Shown here: positions 36,450-48,332 of the stretch, in pieces
How the letters are laid out: each line of letters starts with the position of its first letter
Numbering within the stretch: position 1 is the stretch's first letter
Source: Nitrospirota bacterium
Lineage (GTDB): Bacteria; Nitrospirota; Thermodesulfovibrionia; Thermodesulfovibrionales; JdFR-86
Direction of reading: 5' to 3'
Length of the DNA stretch: 64,000 bases
Assembly (NCBI GenBank): GCA_963721805.1
Contig: CAVRJY010000001.1
Coordinates: 352,001 to 416,000 of the forward strand
Notes under the pieces: generated by a model
The model's input: only the letters and a program-made list of their open reading frames with translations
Databases searched by the model: none
What the model was told of the DNA's origin: nothing
Program-made: the position numbers and the translations under genes

Positions 36450-38306
36450 TTATTTGCGCGAAAGTTTCAGGTTGTCGGGGAAGGTGATGGTAAACGCCGC
36501 CCCCCCCTTGTCTTCGATCGAGAAAGTGCCCCTGAGCTGTTCGGCCAGTATCTCGACGAGCTTCAGCCCGAGCCCCCCGGCCCTCACTCGCCCGAAGCCC
36601 TCCGGCAGCCCGTTTCCGTTGTCCGCGACCGTCACCGAGATCATCTCCTCAGAGGTCCGTCGGATCTCGACCGAGACCTCGCGCTGGTGCTCGACGCCCT
36701 CGAAGGCGTACTTGAAGGCGTTCGTCAGGAGTTCGTTTATCAGCAGCCCGCACGGTATCAGGAGGTCGATGTCGAGGTCTATCTGCTCGACCTCGACGCT
36801 GGTGCGGACCATGCTGCGGGGGCCGAAGGTCGCCTTGACGTTCCGCACGAGCGCCGAGACGTAGTCCTGGAGGTCTATGCGGGTGAAGTCCGCGCTCTGG
36901 TAGAGCCTCTCGTGCACGAGCGCCATCGAGCGGATGCGGCTCTGGCTCTCGCGAAACATCGTCCGGTCGTTTTCGTCCTTGACGTACGAGGCCTGCAGCT
37001 TCAGGAGCGAGGAGATGATGGCCATGTTGTTCTTGACCCGGTGGTGGATCTCCCGGAGCAGGACCTCCTTCTCCCTTAGAGAGCCGAGGATCGCGCCCTC
37101 GGCCGTGACCTTCATGATCGCGAGCGCGAAGACGTCCGCGACGCGCTCGATGGCCGAGAGCGCCTCGGGCGTGAAGCCCTCATGTGCGTTGGCGAGCGCT
37201 ATCTGCCCGATCAGCTCGCCGCCGTGCAGGACAGGCACCGAGAGGAAGCTTTGGATCGCAACGTGGCCCTCGGGCAGGCGGCCGGAGGAGCCCTCGTGGC
37301 CTGCCGCGTCGTTCGTGAAGAGCGATTTTTTCGTGTTGAGGACATGGCCCCAGAGGCCGGGGAACCTGCCCTCGGCGTCGGGGCTGAACGCGTACCTGCG
37401 GTCGCCGGACTCCGGGATGCCGGACAGCATCTTCTCCAGCGTGTAGGCGACGTTCTGCCCCGTGCGCCTGTCGATGACCGATACGAAGCCGTGGCCGGCC
37501 CCGGCCAGCAGCTTTGCGTGCAAGAGCGTGGCCTCCGATACCTCGCCAAGCGTGGTCTCGCCGAGGCAGGCCCTGGAGAGCTCGCTCAGGGCGCGGTTGA
37601 TCGCGAGTTCGCGCTCGAGGTGCGAGAAGGTGCGCGATACGCTCTCCGACAGAGAGTTGATCGTCGAGCAGAGCACGTCAAGCTCGTCGCCCTCGGCCGA
37701 GTGCTTCCGCTTGAGGTCGATGCAGGTGATCCCGTGGCCGTCCTCGTCCCTGCCGGTGAGCTGGCCGGCCATGCGCTCCAGCGGCGAGGTGACGTTTCGC
37801 TTTATCACCATGAAGCAGAACAGCGAAATGCCGAAGATCAGGAGCGCCTGAAACGCCACGCGGTACTTGGCGTGCTCCCATATCCTGGCCGGGCTGAACA
37901 TCTCCAGATTCGCGTCGACCCTGAGCGTGCCGAGGTTGATCTCCCTGCCGTCGTGGAGGAAATAGATCGGGTACTCGCGCGATTTAAGCGCCGAGGCGTG
38001 GCCCTCGGTGGCCTCGACGAGCTTCCTGCCGTCGACGTATACCGCTGCCCCGGTGAGGTTTGTATTGTGGACTATGCCCTCGAGCTGCGATTTCAGAAGG
38101 TCGGTGTCCATGACCCAGAGGCTAAGGGCGATAGAGGGCAGGTTTTGGTCCTGCACCCGCTGCAGCAGCCTGTCGATGGTCCCGGCCTCCTCACGGTAGT
38201 TGATATAGAGCTGCAGGGCCGAGACGAGCAGGGTCGCGGCGAGGCTGAAGGTGAATATCTTCAGCAGGAGCCTGTAGGCTATCGAGCGGGTGTTTATGCG
38301 CATCAT
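36450..38306 (-). CDS. Membrane sensor histidine kinase (GAF, HisKA_2-type)
   Basis: [21 protein letters not shown]; likely start MMRINT overlapping the upstream stop. Confidence 0.9.
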   Translation of the reverse strand: MMRINTRSIAYRLLLKIFTFSLAATLLVSALQLYINYREEAGTIDRLLQRVQDQNLPSIALSLWVMDTDLLKSQLEGIVHNTNLTGAAVYVDGRKLVEATEGHASALKSREYPIYFLHDGREINLGTLRVDANLEMFSPARIWEHAKYRVAFQALLIFGISLFCFMVIKRNVTSPLERMAGQLTGRDEDGHGITCIDLKRKHSAEGDELDVLCSTINSLSESVSRTFSHLERELAINRALSELSRACLGETTLGEVSEATLLHAKLLAGAGHGFVSVIDRRTGQNVAYTLEKMLSGIPESGDRRYAFSPDAEGRFPGLWGHVLNTKKSLFTNDAAGHEGSSGRLPEGHVAIQSFLSVPVLHGGELIGQIALANAHEGFTPEALSAIERVADVFALAIMKVTAEGAILGSLREKEVLLREIHHRVKNNMAIISSLLKLQASYVKDENDRTMFRESQSRIRSMALVHERLYQSADFTRIDLQDYVSALVRNVKATFGPRSMVRTSVEVEQIDLDIDLLIPCGLLINELLTNAFKYAFEGVEHQREVSVEIRRTSEEMISVTVADNGNGLPEGFGRVRAGGLGLKLVEILAEQLRGTFSIEDKGGAAFTITFPDNLKLSRK

Positions 38307-39046
38307 TCGGCCTTGATCGCCCCGGCGAGGATGCGCCGGTATGTGCCGTCTTTTTTCATCTGCCTGATCGCCCCGGCTATCCGGGGGACGAGCGCGGCGT
38401 GCCTCTTGTTGAGGTACAGATACATATCCCGCGTCTCGATCGGGGGCTCGTATATGTGCAGGCCGGTATACCCGTTTTTGCGGATCAGGTACTCGGCCTG
38501 CCTCCTGTCGTATACGATCACGTCCACCCTGCCCGTGACGAGGAGCCTGAATAGCAGCGGGTCGTCCGAGACTTTTGTAATGGACTTGGCCTTCTTGAGG
38601 TTGACCTCGGGCAGCTGCCAGCCCCTGATGAATGCGACGTCGTATGGCTCGAGCGAGGCCCACCCGCTGATCGGCAGGTCCGCCTGCCTTGAGACCGCGA
38701 CGAACTCGAAGGCCGTTACCGGCTCCGGGACCATGACGAGGTTCGGGTATGACATCTGCATGCCCGCGATGCGCGCGTAGATGCCGTCATCGATCCCCTT
38801 GTCGACGTTAATCAACGCGCGCTCCGAGGGCAGCGACACCAGCCTCACGCCGATGCCCAGCCTCCGGCACGCCTCGGCGACGGTCCTGTCGGCGATGCCG
38901 GCGTGCGATTGCGTTGAGTTCGGCGGGTCGTTCGCAGTGTTTATGGTCAGCGTCCCGGCCGCGGCCGCAAGCGGGGCCGCGAGCAGCAGCGATACGCAGA
39001 TCAGACATGGCAAGAAGCGCTGTCGCAACTGTTCCCCCCTCCCCAC
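38303..39046 (-). CDS. Family-3-like extracellular solute-binding protein
   Basis: Signal peptide, ERAL, GRVD, MKKDGTY; coupled to the kinase. Confidence 0.85.
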   Translation of the reverse strand: MGRGEQLRQRFLPCLICVSLLLAAPLAAAAGTLTINTANDPPNSTQSHAGIADRTVAEACRRLGIGVRLVSLPSERALINVDKGIDDGIYARIAGMQMSYPNLVMVPEPVTAFEFVAVSRQADLPISGWASLEPYDVAFIRGWQLPEVNLKKAKSITKVSDDPLLFRLLVTGRVDVIVYDRRQAEYLIRKNGYTGLHIYEPPIETRDMYLYLNKRHAALVPRIAGAIRQMKKDGTYRRILAGAIKAE

Positions 39047-39160
39047 GCAGATGCCCGACCATGATTCGGCAAGTCCTTCCTATTGTATATGGGGGCAGCG
39101 CTCACTTTCAATCAATGCCGTTGACCCCAAGGGATCGGATTTCTGCTAATATACTTTGTT

Positions 39161-39928
39161 ATGCGGACGTTGGTGGTGCTACCTACATATAATGAGGTCG
39201 AGAACTTGCCGGTGGTGCTCGAAAAGCTCCTCGCCATGGACATCTGCGACGTCCTGGTCGTCGACGACAATTCCACCGACGGCACGCGCGACGTCGCCCG
39301 CCGGTGGATGGAGCGCTCAAGGCGCGTGCACATGCTCGAGAGGCCGGGGAAGCTCGGGCTCGGCACCGCGTACATAGCCGGATTCAAGTGGGGGCTCGAG
39401 CGCGACTACGGCGTCATGGTCGAGATGGACTCGGACCTCTCGCACAGGCCGGAGGACCTGCCGCGCTTCCTCGCCGAGGTCCACGGCAACGTGGGGCTCG
39501 TGATCGGCTCGCGGTACGTGGGCGGGATCATCAGCGTGGTCGGCTGGAACTTCAAGCGGCTGCTGCTTTCGAGGTTCGGCAACTTCTACGCGGCGTATCT
39601 GCTGAAGTCCCCGCTTTCGGACATGACGAGCGGGTTTCGCGCTTACAGCCGCGAGGCGCTGATGCTGCTGGACCTCGACGCGATACGCTCCGAGGGCTAC
39701 GCGTTTCAGATCGAGATGGCGTACTACGTCTGGCGCAGCGGCCTGCGCGTGATAGAGATACCGATAGTGTTCACCGAGCGTCTCAGGGGCGTGTCGAAGA
39801 TGCACGGAGCGATTGTGAGCGAGGCCATCCGGCTCCCGTGGCGCATCAGGGCGCTGGAGCTGTTCGGCCTGAACCCGGGCGGCAGGGTCCGCCGCAACAA
39901 GACAGGGAGGGCCGATGGCTCCGGCTGA
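39161..39928 (+). CDS. Polyprenol monophosphomannose synthase (GT2)
   Basis: PTYNE, VDDNSTDGT, KLGLGTAY, MDSDLSH, GYAFQIE. Confidence 0.9.
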   Translation: MRTLVVLPTYNEVENLPVVLEKLLAMDICDVLVVDDNSTDGTRDVARRWMERSRRVHMLERPGKLGLGTAYIAGFKWGLERDYGVMVEMDSDLSHRPEDLPRFLAEVHGNVGLVIGSRYVGGIISVVGWNFKRLLLSRFGNFYAAYLLKSPLSDMTSGFRAYSREALMLLDLDAIRSEGYAFQIEMAYYVWRSGLRVIEIPIVFTERLRGVSKMHGAIVSEAIRLPWRIRALELFGLNPGGRVRRNKTGRADGSG

Positions 39929-41375
39929 GGCAGAAGGGCTTTCTGGTATCTACGTGGTCATCATGGCCGGAGGGAAGGGGACCCGCTTTTGGCCCCTCAG
40001 CCGCGAGACGTTCCCGAAGCAGTTTCTGAAGATCGTCGGGGAGCGCACGCTCCTTCAAGACACCATACACCGTCTGGGCGAGGAGGTCTCGCCCTCGCGG
40101 ATCACCTTCGTGACGACCGCCGCGCAGCGCGACCTCGTCAGCTGGCAGGTGCGCGACCAGATAGGCGAGGCCGAGGTCATAGTGGAGCCCGAGGGCCGCA
40201 ACACCGCCCCGGCCATAGCGCTCGCGACCTATAAGATCTTCAAGCGCGACCGCCGGGCGATGATACTCGTGCTGCCCTCCGACCACCATATCGCCGAGCC
40301 CGGGAAGTTCCGCGATACGATGAGGGAGGCTATCCCGGTCGCGGCCAAGGGCAGGCTCGTCACCTTTGGGGTGGTCCCGTCAAGGGCCGAGACCGCATAC
40401 GGCTATATCAAGCGCGGCAAGCCCCTGGGCCCCGGGGGCGCGTATCTGGTCGAGAGGTTCGTCGAGAAGCCCGACCACAAGACCGCGGCGCAGTACCTCA
40501 AGGACGGCTCGTATTACTGGAACGCCGGGATGTTCCTGTTCCGGGCCAAGGACATGATAGAGGAGTTCGCGGCCCACATGCCGGAGCTCCACAAGGCGAT
40601 GAGCGCACTCTCGAAGTCCTTTGACACCGACGGCGAGACCGAGGCGCTCAAGAAGGCCTACCCGAAGCTGCCCGAGGACTCCATAGACTACGGCGTGATG
40701 GAGAAGTCCACGCGCGTCGCGGTCGTCGAGGCAGGGTTCGCGTGGTCTGACATCGGGAGCTGGAACGCGCTTGAAGACGTGCTGGAACGCGACGCGGCCG
40801 GAAACGTCAAGATCGGCAACGTGACAGAGATGGGCTGCGAGGGATCGATATTCTTCGCTGGCGGAAAGCTGATCGCGGCCATCGGGCTTAAGGACACCGT
40901 AGTGGTCGACACCGTCGACGCCACGCTGATCGCGCCCAAGGACAAGGTCCAGCAGGTCAAGGAGCTGGTCGGCCTGCTCAAGAAGGAAGGCAAGGGCGAA
41001 TACCTTTCACCCGCCATCGAGGAGAGGCCCTGGGGGTATTTCTCGGTGCTCGAGCACGGCTCTTCCTACAAGATCAAGCACATATACGTCAAGCCCAAGT
41101 GCAAGCTGAGCCTCCAGATGCACAACCACCGGAGCGAGCACTGGATAGTAGTGGCCGGCTCGGCCCTGGTGCAGCGCGGCGAGGAGACGTTCTTCGTGCA
41201 CCGAAACGAGAGCACCTACATACCGCCCACGGTCAGGCACCGGCTCGAGAATACCGGCATGATACCGCTGCGGATCATCGAGATACAGAGCGGCGAGTAC
41301 CTGGGCGAGGACGACATAATGCGGTTCGACGACTCCTACGGCAGGCTGCCACAGGCCGGGGAGAAGGAAAAATGA
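39915..41375 (+). CDS. manC: Mannose-1-P guanylyltransferase / mannose-6-P isomerase
   Basis: AGGKGTRFWPLSR, PKQFL, WSDIGSW, RPWG, cupin HRSEHW. Confidence 0.95.
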   Translation: MAPAEAEGLSGIYVVIMAGGKGTRFWPLSRETFPKQFLKIVGERTLLQDTIHRLGEEVSPSRITFVTTAAQRDLVSWQVRDQIGEAEVIVEPEGRNTAPAIALATYKIFKRDRRAMILVLPSDHHIAEPGKFRDTMREAIPVAAKGRLVTFGVVPSRAETAYGYIKRGKPLGPGGAYLVERFVEKPDHKTAAQYLKDGSYYWNAGMFLFRAKDMIEEFAAHMPELHKAMSALSKSFDTDGETEALKKAYPKLPEDSIDYGVMEKSTRVAVVEAGFAWSDIGSWNALEDVLERDAAGNVKIGNVTEMGCEGSIFFAGGKLIAAIGLKDTVVVDTVDATLIAPKDKVQQVKELVGLLKKEGKGEYLSPAIEERPWGYFSVLEHGSSYKIKHIYVKPKCKLSLQMHNHRSEHWIVVAGSALVQRGEETFFVHRNESTYIPPTVRHRLENTGMIPLRIIEIQSGEYLGEDDIMRFDDSYGRLPQAGEKEK

Positions 41376-41400
41376 CCGGCGGGATGATATAATACCCGTT

Positions 41401-43269
41401 ATGAAAAATATCATGCCATGGATATCCGAACACCGCACGGTGCTCCTGTGGTGGCTGCTGCCGCTTGCGATTTTCATGTTCATGTACGGGGCCATGCTCA
41501 ATTTCCCGCTCAACGACCCGGACATCTGGTGGCACCTGAAGACAGGCGAGTACATCGTCACCCACTGGGAGGTGCCGAGCGTCGACCCCTTCGCCTACAC
41601 CACCGTAGTCCCGATGGACCACGACAAGCTCCTGGGGATGCGATCTCAGTGGCTCGGGCAGGTGATATTCTACGAGGTATTCAGATTTTTCGGGCTGCCG
41701 GGGCTGGGGATGTTCCGAAACCTGCTCGTGCTGATGCCGATGCTGATAGTCTATCTGTGGCTCATAAGCAGGGGGGTCGGCCATCTGCGGGCCTCGGCTG
41801 TCACGTTCTTCCCGCTGTACATATACGGATACCAGATATTTTACTCCTTTGAGCGTCCGCAGGGGCTGTCGTTCGGGCTGATAGCGCTCGTGCTGGTCCT
41901 GATCGAGCGCGTGCGCGAAAAGAGCCTCAAGCCTGGGATGGACTTCTCTTACTGGCTGCTGCCTCTGGCAATGGCGCTCTGGGCCAACATCCACGGAGGC
42001 TACGTCATCGGCGTGGCCGTGATAGGCATATATCTGGGCTCGGAATTCGCGGTCGAGCTTTATCGAAAGGTGCGCAAAAAGATCAATTTCCAGAGGGGCA
42101 GGGCCTTCTACGCAGCGGGCATAGGCTCGATAGCCGCCACGATGCTGACCCCTAACGGTCCATACCTGTTCCTGTCATATATGTTCGGCGGGATCGACAT
42201 GCTCCAGCGCGACCTGGCGAAGGTCACCTCCGGGATGGTCGGCGGACAGTCGGCGGCCAGCGGCCAGTGGGTCGAGAACATCGTGCTGGAGTTCCGCCCG
42301 CTGAGTTTCTTCTACCACGACCTGGGCTATACGTGGCTTAGGTACTACTGGGCGATGGTCGTGATCGCGATCGCCCTGATGCTGCTGAAGTTCATCCTGC
42401 GCCGCAGGGTCGAGCTGGCGCAGCTGCTCGTCTTCAGCCTGATAGCGTTCATGGCCGAGCAGCACGCGAGGATACTGATGTTCGCCCTGGCGGTGGTGCC
42501 GTTTTATATCGGCAAGGACCTCTCGGAGATCAAGGACCTGCCCGGCAAGCTGTGGGTATCGCTGAGGCTCGGGGCATACGCCTCTATGGTCATCCTCGCG
42601 GTCGGCTTCATGACTTATATGAAGGAGGCCGGCATCTCGCTGAAGCCCAACTTCAAGGCCACCGACCAATGGATAAGCCCGTGGTACCCGTTTGACCTCG
42701 CGCAGTTCATCGAGCAGAACAAGATACCCGGCCCGATGTACAACTACTACACATGGGGCGGGTTCCTCATCTGGAGCCTCTATCCCGACTACCGCGTGTT
42801 CATCGACGGCCGGGCGCTGGACGACCTGGTCAACCGCACCGCGGACAGCATCCTGAAGACCGCGCCCGGATGGGACCAGCAGCTTGACGTCTACGGGATC
42901 AACTTCGTCGCGATACCGGTCATATACCGCGAATCCGGCCATATCATCCAGCTCGCCCCGGCCCTCGCGGAAAACCCGAACTGGAAGCTTATCTTCCTGG
43001 GCAACAACAGCGCCCTGTTCATACGCGACGTGCCGATGAACAAGGACCTGATAGACAAGTACAGCATCGACAAAAACGCGGTCTTCACCGAGATCATCGA
43101 CCTCGAGAACATGTTTTTGAGGGGCAACCCCACCAGCCCGGTCTACAACTTCGCCAAGGCCGACAGCCTGTTCCTGCTCGGCAAGTACGACGAGGCCAAG
43201 GCGATCTATTCGAGGTTCCCCGACTTGGCAGCCCCGGCGCTGCAGCGTCTCAAGGAGATGGGGCACTAA
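41401..43269 (+). CDS. Polytopic membrane protein, putative GT-C glycosyltransferase with TPR-like tail
   Basis: DPDIWWHLKTG, ERPQ, LWANIHGG, YTWGGFLIW, VFIDGR. Confidence 0.7.
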   Translation: MKNIMPWISEHRTVLLWWLLPLAIFMFMYGAMLNFPLNDPDIWWHLKTGEYIVTHWEVPSVDPFAYTTVVPMDHDKLLGMRSQWLGQVIFYEVFRFFGLPGLGMFRNLLVLMPMLIVYLWLISRGVGHLRASAVTFFPLYIYGYQIFYSFERPQGLSFGLIALVLVLIERVREKSLKPGMDFSYWLLPLAMALWANIHGGYVIGVAVIGIYLGSEFAVELYRKVRKKINFQRGRAFYAAGIGSIAATMLTPNGPYLFLSYMFGGIDMLQRDLAKVTSGMVGGQSAASGQWVENIVLEFRPLSFFYHDLGYTWLRYYWAMVVIAIALMLLKFILRRRVELAQLLVFSLIAFMAEQHARILMFALAVVPFYIGKDLSEIKDLPGKLWVSLRLGAYASMVILAVGFMTYMKEAGISLKPNFKATDQWISPWYPFDLAQFIEQNKIPGPMYNYYTWGGFLIWSLYPDYRVFIDGRALDDLVNRTADSILKTAPGWDQQLDVYGINFVAIPVIYRESGHIIQLAPALAENPNWKLIFLGNNSALFIRDVPMNKDLIDKYSIDKNAVFTEIIDLENMFLRGNPTSPVYNFAKADSLFLLGKYDEAKAIYSRFPDLAAPALQRLKEMGH

Positions 43270-43324
43270 GGCCGCCCCCGCAGGCGCGCGGTTGGGGGCG
43301 ACGGGAGACAGCGGGGCCATCGGC

Positions 43325-44972
43325 ATGCGCTTGGGCCCCCTGTTTGACAGGATACTCCCAGCTGCGTTTATTGCCGCCTGCGCGCTGTTTTATCTCGGCC
43401 CCATCGTAGAGGGCGATTTCTTCTGGCACCTGAGGGCCGGGCAGCAAATTGCCCTCAAGGGCATACCCTCCCATATACCAATACCCACCGAATGGGCCGG
43501 CCAGTGGCTCCTTTATGATATCTGGCGCCTGGGGGGCGGGGCCGCGGGGATAGTCCTGTTCAGGGCCACGGCGTACGTGCTGCTGCTGTGGCTGCTCTAT
43601 GCGTGGATGAGGCGCGGGGGGGCGGGGCGGTACGCCTCGCTGTTGCTGCTGTTTTTCCCTGCCGCGCTGTTTATGTCCTTCCCCAACGAGAGGCCGCAGC
43701 TCTTCACCTTCCTGCTATTCCCGCTCTGCGTGCTGCTGCTTGAACGGCACCGCGTTCGAGGCGGGCTTTGGCCCGCCGTCCTCCTGGGCCTGATGCTCCT
43801 CGTCTGGGCCAACGTGCATGCCGGGTTCCTGCTCGGCTACGCGGCCGCCTGTGTCTACTTCGCCGTCGCGGCATGGAGGGCGGCCACAAGGACCGCTCCG
43901 CCGTCGAGGGCCGTATCGCTCGGCGTCGTGCTAGTGCTGCCCGTGCTGCTGATGCTGTTTTACGGGGTCGATATCCCGGGGCTGGCGCGCCTGGTATGGG
44001 CGCAGGTCTTCAGCCCGACCGGCTATAGCGAGAGCCTCCAGGAAAACCTGCCCCCGCTTGTGGCGGCGCGGGCGATGGGCGAGTATTACCCCGCTTACTG
44101 GGGCTCGCTCCTGATGGTCGCGCTCGGGCTCTGGCATGGCCGCAAGCACCGCAGCATGCAGGCCGAGCACGCACTGCTGCTGATAATGTTCAGCGCCCTG
44201 TCGCTTCGGTCGCTGCGGTTCATGCCCTATCCGGCGATGCTCCTGCCGCTTGCGGCCGCGCAGGTCTCCGGCGCACTTGAAATCGACGGACGCCGCCTCT
44301 CGAAGTTCATGGGGCCCGCGGTCTTGGGCGCGGTGCTGGCCGCATGGTTCATCCTCGCCCACCCGGTGATAAGCCTCGATGCCAGCCCGGAGTTCCCGCG
44401 CGGGGCGGTGGAGTTCCTGGGGACGGCGCAGACCGGGGGCGATCTGTTTGTCTACCACGGCTGGACGGGGTATCTCTACTGGATGCTCCCCGGAGAAGCG
44501 GCAGCTGATGCGCGTCGAGGGCATCACGGAGGCGATGGACGAGGCTTACGACAAGATACTCTGGGCCGACGGGACGGACGTGATGGGCGAGCCCCAGTGG
44601 AGCGCGACGCTCGACGCCTACGGCCTCGACGTGATCGTCGTGCCGGCCATGAGCCCGGTATCGGGCGAGCGGTTCCCGATAGTGGACGCGCTGCTTCAAA
44701 GCGCGCATTGGTATCTCGTCTACCAGGACGATGTCGCGAACGTATATCTGAAGGACACCCCCGAAAACGCGGCCGTCATACGCCTGGATTCCCGGCCCAA
44801 GGCCAACGCGTATCTGCAGGGCGTGGAGCAGGCCCGGCGTGAGCTTGCAGGCGAGCCGCGCCGCGCCGCCGCATGGCGGAGCCTCGAGGAGCTTTACCTT
44901 AAACTCGGCCTGAAGAACGAGGCCGCCAGGGCCGCGCGGCGCGAGCTTCCGCCCCCGCTTGTACGGCGCTGA
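43325..44972 (+). CDS. Paralogous putative GT-C membrane protein (frameshift near 44495)
   Basis: DFFWHLRAG, ERPQ, WANVHAG, WTGYLYW; C-terminus continues in ORF 44379-44972. Confidence 0.68.
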
Positions 44973-45054
44973 GTGCGGTTAAATACCGTTGCGCCGGATG
45001 GCCCCCGGGGGGCCCCCTGCACGCGGCGCGGTATTTTGTTAGAATAATAGCCTT

Positions 45055-45534
45055 ATGAAGAAGAAAGCCAAAATCGCGGAGCGTCCGGGCTGGGACAGGT
45101 ATTTCCTGAACATCGCGCGCGAGGTCTCGAGGCGCGCCACGTGCTTCCGCCGCCGCTACGGCGCGGTCATCACCAAGGACAACAGCATCGTGAGCACCGG
45201 GTATAACGGCGCACCGCGCGGCATGACCGACTGCCTTACGGCAGGCGTATGCACCCGCAAGGAGCTGCAAGTGCCGCACGGCGAGCGCTACGAACTGTGC
45301 CACAGCGTCCATGCCGAGGCCAACGCGATTATCCGCGCCTCCATGCTCGAGATGAACGGCTCGGTGATATACATTAACGGCGCGGACGATGCCGATGCCG
45401 AGTGCGACTCGGCCCCGTGCATGATGTGCAAGCGCATGATCCTCAACGCCCGCATAGGGCGCGTGGTATACGCCGACGGCAAGGGCGGCATCATCGACGT
45501 CGACCCAGCCGACTGGCTGAATGAACGGATATAG
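45055..45534 (+). CDS. dCMP deaminase / ComEB-like
   Basis: STGYNG, HAEANA, PCMMC. Confidence 0.92.
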   Translation: MKKKAKIAERPGWDRYFLNIAREVSRRATCFRRRYGAVITKDNSIVSTGYNGAPRGMTDCLTAGVCTRKELQVPHGERYELCHSVHAEANAIIRASMLEMNGSVIYINGADDADAECDSAPCMMCKRMILNARIGRVVYADGKGGIIDVDPADWLNERI

Positions 45535-45569
45535 ATGAATGAGCGGATACAGATGAGAGGACGCCCCCG

Positions 45570-46347
45570 GTGGAGATGATCGACACGCTGATGCACATCG
45601 GCTGGCGCGACGCGCTCGACATCGCGCTCGTGGCCGCGATCCTCTACCGCCTGCTGCTGATCATCCGCGGCACGAAGGCCGCCGAGATGCTGATCGGGCT
45701 GCTCGGTGCTGCTGGTGGCCTCGATCGTCGCCAAGATGGTGCCGCTCCACACGCTGGACTGGCTCCTGCACGGGTTTTTGGGCTATATCATCATAGCCAT
45801 GATCGTGATCTTCCAGCCCGAGATCAGGCGCGCGCTGGCGCACATGGGCCAGACCTCGTTCCTGCAGGCCTTCGCCTCGGCCGAGGAGCTCAAGGGGCTC
45901 GAAGAGATCGTCAAGGCCGTCATATCGCTTGCGGACCGCAAGATCGGGGGCTTGATCGTGATAGAGCGCGAGACGAGGCTCCAGGACTTCGTGGAGCTCG
46001 GCACGCAGCTTGACGCAAAGGTCTCGCGCGAGCTGCTGATGAGTATTTTCCACCCGACCTCTCCGATACACGACGGCGCGGTCGTGATCAGGGGCAACCG
46101 CGTGGTCGCGGCCGGGTGCTTCCTGCCGCTCGCGGTGGCCGGAAACCTCAGCTCCACGATGGGCACCCGCCACCGCGCCGCGCTCGGCATAACCGAGGAG
46201 ACCGACGCGGTCGTGCTGATCGTCTCGGAGGAGACCGGCGGCATCTCGATGGCCATGGACGGAGAGCTCACCACGCACCTCGACATGGGCACGCTGCGCG
46301 ACGTCCTGCGCGACCTGTTCGCCGACAAGAAGGCGGCCCGGAAATGA
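45570..46347 (+). CDS. cdaA: Diadenylate cyclase (frameshift near 45700)
   Basis: FQPEIRRAL, HDGA, GTRHRAA, VSEETG. Confidence 0.92.
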
Positions 46348-46985
46348 CGAAGAACATCTGGCTTAAGATAGCTTCCGTACTCCTGGCCCTGACGCTCTGG
46401 GTCTTCGTGATGTCCAAGGGCCGCACGGAGGTCCTGATGGAGGTCCCGCTGATCTTCAGGGACGTGCCGGTCGGCCTTCAGGTCAAGGAGGCCAACAACA
46501 TGAACGTGACCGTGCACCTGCGCGGGGCCGAGAGCGCCGTGACCGCGGTCAAGAGCGGCGACATAAAGGCATACGTCACCCTCAGCGACGCCAGAAGCGG
46601 GGTCAACGCCATAAACATCTCCCCCTCGGACATCAAGAGCCCTCCCGAGGTCTCCGTCGTGATGGTCAACCCCTCGCAGGTCAAGGTCGAGCTCGAGGCC
46701 GTCCTGAAAAAGACCCTGCCGGTCGATGCCGTGGTCACCGGCGAGCCGATCCCCGGCTATGAGGTCACGAGCGTAGTGGTCACCCCGGCCAAGGTCGAGA
46801 TCGAGGGGCCGCAGTCGGTCGTGAAACCCATGAAGGAGATCAAGGCCCGCCCGGTGGACATCACGCTCGCCTCGGGCAGCGTGGCCGAGCGCGTGGCGCT
46901 CGACATACCGGCCGAGGGCGTCAAGACATCGGTCCGCAACGTGAGGGTCATCGTGAGGATCGCCAAAAAGGAAACCGGCAGATGA
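46344..46985 (+). CDS. cdaR: CdaR/YbbR-domain protein
   Basis: [14 protein letters not shown] helix; position between cdaA and glmM. Confidence 0.85.
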   Translation: MTKNIWLKIASVLLALTLWVFVMSKGRTEVLMEVPLIFRDVPVGLQVKEANNMNVTVHLRGAESAVTAVKSGDIKAYVTLSDARSGVNAINISPSDIKSPPEVSVVMVNPSQVKVELEAVLKKTLPVDAVVTGEPIPGYEVTSVVVTPAKVEIEGPQSVVKPMKEIKARPVDITLASGSVAERVALDIPAEGVKTSVRNVRVIVRIAKKETGR

Positions 46986-48332
46986 GGCTCTTCGGCACGG
47001 ACGGGATAAGGGGCCGCGTAAACCACCAGCCGATGAGCCCCGAGACCGTGCTCAGGGTCGGGATCGCGGCCGGACGAGTGCTGAGGCGGCCCAAGGGCCG
47101 CAACATGGTCATCATCGGCAAGGACACCCGGCGTTCGGGCTATATGATAGAGAGCGCGCTGACGTCCGGCCTCTGCTCGATGGGCATGGACGTCACGCTC
47201 GTGGGCCCCGTGCCCACGCCCGGCATCGCGTACCTCACGCGCGCGCTGCGGCTCGATGCCGGCATAGTGATATCGGCCTCGCACAACCCGTTTGAGGATA
47301 ACGGGATCAAGATATTCTCCCCGGAGGGCTTCAAGCTCCCGGACGATGTAGAGGCGCGGATCGAGGCCCTCGTACTCGACGACGAGGCCCTGATGGGGGG
47401 CCGCCCCACCGGAGACGCGATAGGGCGCGCCTACAGGCTCGAGGACGCGACCGGGCGGTACATCGAGTACGTGAAATCCACCGTGCCCAAGGGCATGACG
47501 CTCGAGGGGCTGCGCGTGGTCGTTGACTGTGCAAACGGCGCGGCGTACAAGGTCACGCCATGGGTCCTGCGCGAACTCGGGGCCGAGGTCATCTCGATCA
47601 ACGACAAGCCCGACGGCGTCAACATCAATGCCGGCTGCGGCTCCCAGCACCTTGAGGGGCTCGCCCGTGCCGTCAAGCTCCACAAGGCCCATGTGGGAGT
47701 GGCCCACGACGGCGACGCGGACCGCACTTTATTCGTGGACGAGCGCGGACGGGCCGTGGACGGCGACCGCATACTCGGGATGTGGGCCGTCGAGATGAAG
47801 GCGCAGGGCAGGCTAAAGGGCGATACGGTAGTGGCTACGGTCATGAGCAACCTCGGGCTGGAACGCTATCTTGAACAAAACGGAATACGATTAATCCGCA
47901 CGAGGGTCGGCGACCGCTACGTTACCGAGCGCATGATCTCGGGCGGGTATAACCTCGGAGGGGAGCAGTCGGGGCATATCGTGTTTTTCGACTACAACAC
48001 GACCGGCGACGGCCCGATCACCGCCCTGCACGTCCTGCACCTGATGAAGATGCGCGGCAGGCCGCTCTCGGAACTTGCCGGGCGCGATAAAGACATACCC
48101 GCAGGTGCTCATCAACGTGCCGGTAAAAAAGAAGGAGCACCTCTCGGAGCACCCCGAGATCGACGCCGCGATCAAGAAGGCCGAGGCCGGGATGGGCAGC
48201 TCGGGCCGCGTGCTCGTGCGCGCCTCCGGCACCGAGCACAAGATACGCGTTATGCTCGAGGGCAAAAGCAAAAAGCAGATTGATGCGCTTGCCGATTCGA
48301 TAGCAAAGGTCATAAAGGACAAGATGTCGTGA
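46982..48332 (+). CDS. glmM: Phosphoglucosamine mutase (frameshift near 48080)
   Basis: [33 protein letters not shown]. Confidence 0.95.

Noticed and set aside
36450..38663. 737-aa kinase as called in the ORF track
   Set aside because: The first ~119 residues overlap the solute-binding protein gene out of frame; the real start is probably 38306.
45521..45556. 18-bp tandem duplication at the deaminase stop
   Set aside because: Only two imperfect copies; likely local slippage with no evident function.
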